From positions 61,444,001 to 61,508,000 of the forward strand of contig CM059432.1 of assembly GCA_030390025.1 (NCBI GenBank): a stretch of DNA of 64,000 nucleotides, written 5' to 3'. Positions 59,571 through 64,000 of the stretch are shown here, piece after piece (the stretch's first letter is position 1; each line of letters starts with the position of its first letter). Source of the stretch: Squalus acanthias (taxonomy: Eukaryota). A model generated the notes under the pieces. That model ran no database searches, was not told where the DNA came from, and saw only the letters and a list, made by a program, of their open reading frames with translations. A program made the translations under genes and the position numbers.

Positions 59571-61600
59571 GGCCAAGAAATTCCACGTCATTAAAACCTG
59601 CCGGTGTTAATGGCCGCCGAAATTGATGGTGCTGGCAGGACCAGTAAATTGGCGCTGGTGGCTAATTAACATTAGCCCAGTGCTAAACTTACTGTGCAAC
59701 GCCGTTCTGGTGGCGTTAGTCCCGGCAGGAGGCCCAAATGTAGCAAGGCCATAGCATTATTGCTGCAAGAACAGCCTTCTCTTAAAGCAAGGCTGTCATT
59801 TCAGAAAGCAGTTCAGTCCCTTAAAGGGGAACTGCCTTCTGCAATGAAAAAAATAAAAATCATATAAAAATAGGCAGTTTTTAGCCCTCAGAGCTCACCT
59901 GCCTTCGAAAAAAATCTTAACATTAAAAAGAATTCCCAAGTGGGAATCTTCAGTTCTTAAAGCTGAATTGTCTTCCGCACCTAGAAAAATGCTAAAGTGC
60001 TTCAGCACTAACACAAATGGCTCAACAAACCAGGGAAGGGGCACCCAGGGTCTTGCACACAGCACTCCAGCTTTGTGCAGGGGGTCAACACTGCAAGAGA
60101 GGTCTTCTATCCACAGGGGCCAGGAGGCCCTCCAGAAAGAAGGATGTGGGACCAGATCACCAAGGCCGTCACTGCCAGCAGTGTCGCCCCCACCACCTGG
60201 CTCCAGTGCCCAAAGAAGCTTCAAGACCTCAGATCACTGGTCAAGGTCAGTGAATGCATCTTCAAAAGCCATCTCCTACCAACTGCACCACTAGCCTCAC
60301 ACACTGCTCAATGTCAGGCCAGCGGCCAGGCTGAGTGCCAGGAGGCACCCCCCTCCCCCAATCACTCACCTACCAACAATCTGTACCAAACACGAGGCAC
60401 ACCTCCCATTCCTAGCTTCACCTCACCCCCTTGGAGGAGACGGTGCTGACCATTCTTGGCAGGGGCATGGTTGAGCCCTTGGCCAGTGGCGGGGCTGAAA
60501 GGATACGAGATGCTGGTATCCTCATACCCATGCACCTCTTGCTTTCCCGCCCTCCCCTCACTACAACTCCACCCTTGTGCCTTCCTCATTTCGCACATCC
60601 AAGAAATGCAACCTGACCAGCCAGTGGTTGACTAAGAAGAGGGAGAGGAGAGTGAAGAAGAAGAAGCACAGTTACTAGATTTCACACTCCCAGCCACCAG
60701 CTCCTCAAGGTTGACCCGCAAGGCCATTTGCAGTGTCCCCCACTGAAAGTCAGCAGCCTTTCACCAGCCATGCTGCAGCCACTGGGGTAGCACTGTGTGA
60801 CAACAGGAGGATAAGCAAAGGCACACACAAGACAGTCACTAAGGGAATGCATAAGAGTGATTAGTTGATTTCTTGATGTCATATTGGATGGATAGATGTA
60901 TAAAGTTGGATTGGAAAGTTTGCTTTGTGGTGGCTTTTATTTCAGCATTGTGGCTAAGAGGACGCTCTGATGGTCAGTAACAGAGGAAAGGTAAGATGTG
61001 GGACAAATGTTGAAAGGGGAATTGGGGTTGTGGTCACTGGTCCCACAGGCGGATGATTCCATCCCGGATATCCCGGCCAGAAAAAGGCTGTCTGTGTTGC
61101 ATCCTTACTTCTGCTTTGTCCTCTTCTGCTTCCTCCTCTTCTGCCTCTTCCTCTTCTGTGTCTTCCTGTTCCCACTGTGAGCGAATGCTGTAAATCTGAA
61201 ATAAAAGCATAAAATGCTGGAAATACTCAGCAGATCAGACAGCATCTCGACCTGAGATGTGAACTCTGTTTCTCTCTCCACAGATGCTGCCTGACCTGCT
61301 GAGTATTTCCAGCATTTTCTGTCTTCTCAGCGGCCTTCCTTTACCAATCGAGGCCTTGCAAGCGTCCAGTAGCATGCCCTGCACACTTAAACTGTTAATG
61401 TATATTGCACCAAGCCACTACTTCAATAACATTTGAAAAATCCAGTCCAAAAGCTTAAATGCAAACATACCTGAAAGATGTGTGTGTCCCTTTAAGAAGT
61501 GCTGACAGCATCTCTGTCAGTCTGCTGCACACTCGCTTTTCAGAGCGAGCTTAGGACCCAGCGCTAAATTCATGGCGTTAAGGTAGGGAATTTCTGGGCC
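59571..61600 (+). mobile_element. Internally deleted PIF/Harbinger element
   Basis: TIRs ggccaagaaattcc / ggaatttctgggcc with TTA TSD; Myb-like remnant on plus; acidic transposase-like C-terminus (EEEEAEEEEAEED...GRDIRDGIIRLWDQ*) on minus at ~61033-61173. Confidence 0.88.
61198..61322. mobile_element. Penelope-type repeat in inverted (fold-back) arrangement
   Basis: 61211-61247 and 61282-61318 are near-perfect reverse complements. Confidence 0.75.
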
Positions 61601-61635
61601 TTAATATTTATGTCTAATTTATATAAATATGTATT

Positions 61636-62164
61636 GTCCCAAAATTTGCGGTCGGAGACCTCCCGCGGGCGGATGCCTCCGACCTGCAAAAAATCTACGA
61701 ATTTACCTGGTGGTCCGGGAGGTTCGTAGATTTGCACTCCTGGGCCTCTCCGGGAACCCGCGGGCAGAAGCCCACGTACTCCCATAAGTATGAATGGGGA
61801 TCACTTAAAAAACACACAAACACATGAAATAAGTAAAAAAAAAAAAATTACATATTTAAAATTAATTAAAATGCTATTTAATTAAATATTTTAAACAAAA
61901 ATTAAAATTTTTGAAAAAGAAAATGTATATGTTTTAACGGGGCTAAAAATAAACTTACCTTATTGGGCAGGGTTTTTAATGTATAAATGAGTGATAACAT
62001 TTCATTTTTCTATTTTTTAGAACTCTTCCGCTGGTAAAAGCAGGCCGATCGCAAGTTCCGGGTTTTTGCGCATGCATTTCGCATGCCTAAACCCGGAACT
62101 TGTGAGGCCCCTGCGGATGCGTGTACACCTCGTACGCAGCCGTAGGGGCCGAAAATTATGGCCC
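61636..62164. mobile_element. Non-autonomous PIF/Harbinger-type element
   Basis: ATT flanks; shares gctaaaaataaacttacctt with 19441; terminus aaattatggccc. Confidence 0.72.
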
Positions 62165-62297
62165 ATTGTTTTAACAGCTTTAACAATACTGTGGATAAAA
62201 ATCCTATTTCCACAGTTATCATTTCCTATGTACCAGCACTTTTTTCCCCATGGGACTAGTTGTACAGTGTTATAAGTTTATTAATTGTTTATTAATC

Positions 62298-62630
62298 CGT
62301 CTTTCAGATGGGACATTAAACCGAGGCCCCATCTGCTCTCTCAGGTGGACGTAAAAAATCCCATGGCACTATTTCGAAGAAGAGCAGAGGAGTTATCCCC
62401 GGTGTCCTGGACAATATTTATCCTTCAATCAACATCAATAAAACAGATTATCTGGTCATTATCACATTGCTGTTTGTGGGAGCTTGCTGTGCAAAAATTG
62501 GCTGCCATGTTTCCAACATTACAACAGTGACTACACTTTAAAAAAAAAGGACTTAATTGGCTGTAAAGCACTTTGCAATGTCCAGTGGTCATGAAAGGTG
62601 CTATATAAATGCAAGTCTTTCTTTCTTTTG
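62298..62630 (+). mobile_element. Deu-domain SINE (head missing)
   Basis: Reverse complement of 4269-4600, ending gcaagtctttctttc. Confidence 0.85.
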
Positions 62631-62760
62631 AATTGTTGGGTGCTTCACTCTCAGTGGGTGCCCGACTGTCACTTTTCCTCACTCAGGCTGACCATATTTC
62701 CTGCTTTCCTGTGTAAATGCTGATTCAACTCTGATTTTCGGGCTAATCTCAAATCTAATG

Positions 62761-64000
62761 GCCGTGAATTTGCCGGTGCTCGGAGGACAGGTTTGGAGGC
62801 AGGTCGGGAGTAAAAATCAAAATGATTGATGGCGGGTTGCTAACCCGCCGCCATCCCACCTCCACGCAACTTTGCAATGTGTCGGGTCTGCGAGTCACAA
62901 TCAGACCCGACACCAAACGGTGGGAGAGGCACTTAAGGCAGTTAACAGCTTGTTAACTGCCTACATAATGCCTTTTTAACAGGCTCTTCACATTTTAAGA
63001 AATTTTCAGCGTGTTGCCCATCGTGCGACAAACACGCCAGCTGATTGTGCCGGGTTCAGCAAGGATCTGAATTACTGACAGCTGCTCCTGCAGCATAAAA
63101 GCAGAGGTGCAACATGGCTGACTTTCAGACGACAGAACTTAGTGCTTTGAGGTTTTGGAACACCTTTTGCAGGTCTTTTGAGCGTGAGTGTTTAAGCTGA
63201 AATCCATATGCACTTTGACCTCCTTGGAAGACCCTCTGGCCACATTGACTGAGCGCTTATAACATCTCTTCCTCAACTGAGATATATACCAGCAGGATGG
63301 GAACCATTTATACCCTCTCATCCTGGTCCTCAGAATCGGAGGAAGAACAGCTGCGGCAGCAGCAGAACCGTTCACCACAGCTGCAGCAACTACAAGAGCG
63401 CTAAGCTTCTCCCCGTTCACCTGATGCTGCACAGGGCAGAGACCGTCAGCACAGGGCTGCACCTCGCCACAGGAGATACCCACAGCACAGGGTTTACAGG
63501 CAGAGGATGAGCTTCCTCAACATGAGTGAGCAGCATTGCCAAAGGAGGCTGAGACTTTCGCGAGAGGTAGTCGCTGACATCTGCACAATGCTGCAACAAG
63601 ACCTGGAACCCAGAGGAGCGGGTGGACACCCCTTACCAGTCGCTGTCAAAGTCACCACCCCCAACTCAACTTCTTTGCTTCAGGGTCCTTCCAGGGATCA
63701 TCAGCAGACATCAGCAGCATCTCCCAGTCGGCCGCACACACTTGCATCATGCAGGTTACCGATGCCCTCTTTGCAAAGGTGCACAATTACATCCACTTCT
63801 CCATGGATGAAGCAAGTGTAACCGCGCGTGTGGTTGGCTTTGCAAATATGGTGGGCTTCCCAAGGGTGCAGGGCGTCATAGACTGTACACATGTGGCCAT
63901 TAGGGCACCCCATCACAACCCGGCTGTATTTGTCAACCGCAAAGGGCTTCCACTCCCTTAACGTCCAGCTGTTGTGTAACCACAGACAGAACATTATGCA
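62761..64000 (+). mobile_element. Harbinger transposon with decayed HARBI1-like DDE transposase (runs off the window)
   Basis: ggccgtgaattt terminus; [41 protein letters not shown] and FVNRKG.HSLNVQL across frameshifts (~63460-64000). Confidence 0.92.

Noticed and set aside
63460..64000. Domesticated HARBI1 gene
   Set aside because: Frameshifts and an upstream TIR-like terminus indicate a dead transposon copy.
1..64000. CRISPR arrays, operons or other prokaryotic systems
   Set aside because: No regularly spaced repeat-spacer array and no gene-dense organisation; the sequence is vertebrate repeat-rich DNA.

Overview
Eukaryotic, repeat-dominated DNA, most likely from a cartilaginous fish (shark). 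This is inferred from the repeat set: CR1 LINEs with (ACATAGAA/ACATAAGA)n tails, an HE1-type V-SINE and SacSINE1-type Deu-domain SINEs. Most long ORFs are decayed retroelement genes: two near full-length CR1 LINEs, several truncated CR1s, a second CR1-group LINE family, RTE and L2 fragments. PIF/Harbinger elements (Myb-like and HARBI1-like remnants, MITEs) and hAT and Tigger MITEs are also present. Less ordinary items: (1) an LTR-less 1.66 kb retroviral protease-RT-tether segment inserted in the 3' end of a CR1; (2) a decayed provirus with a tRNA-Arg PBS, coiled-coil gag-like ORF, splice acceptor and integrase remnant but no PR/RT; (3) a 1.63 kb CpG-rich solo LTR with a 4-bp TSD; (4) short Penelope-type repeats carrying minimal hammerhead-ribozyme cores; (5) a CpG-rich, TE-poor promoter-like region at ~44-45 kb with a probable 16-codon first coding exon (+) and a divergent 52-codon ORF (-). 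No host gene could be named. All calls were made by eye, and the boundaries of decayed elements are approximate.
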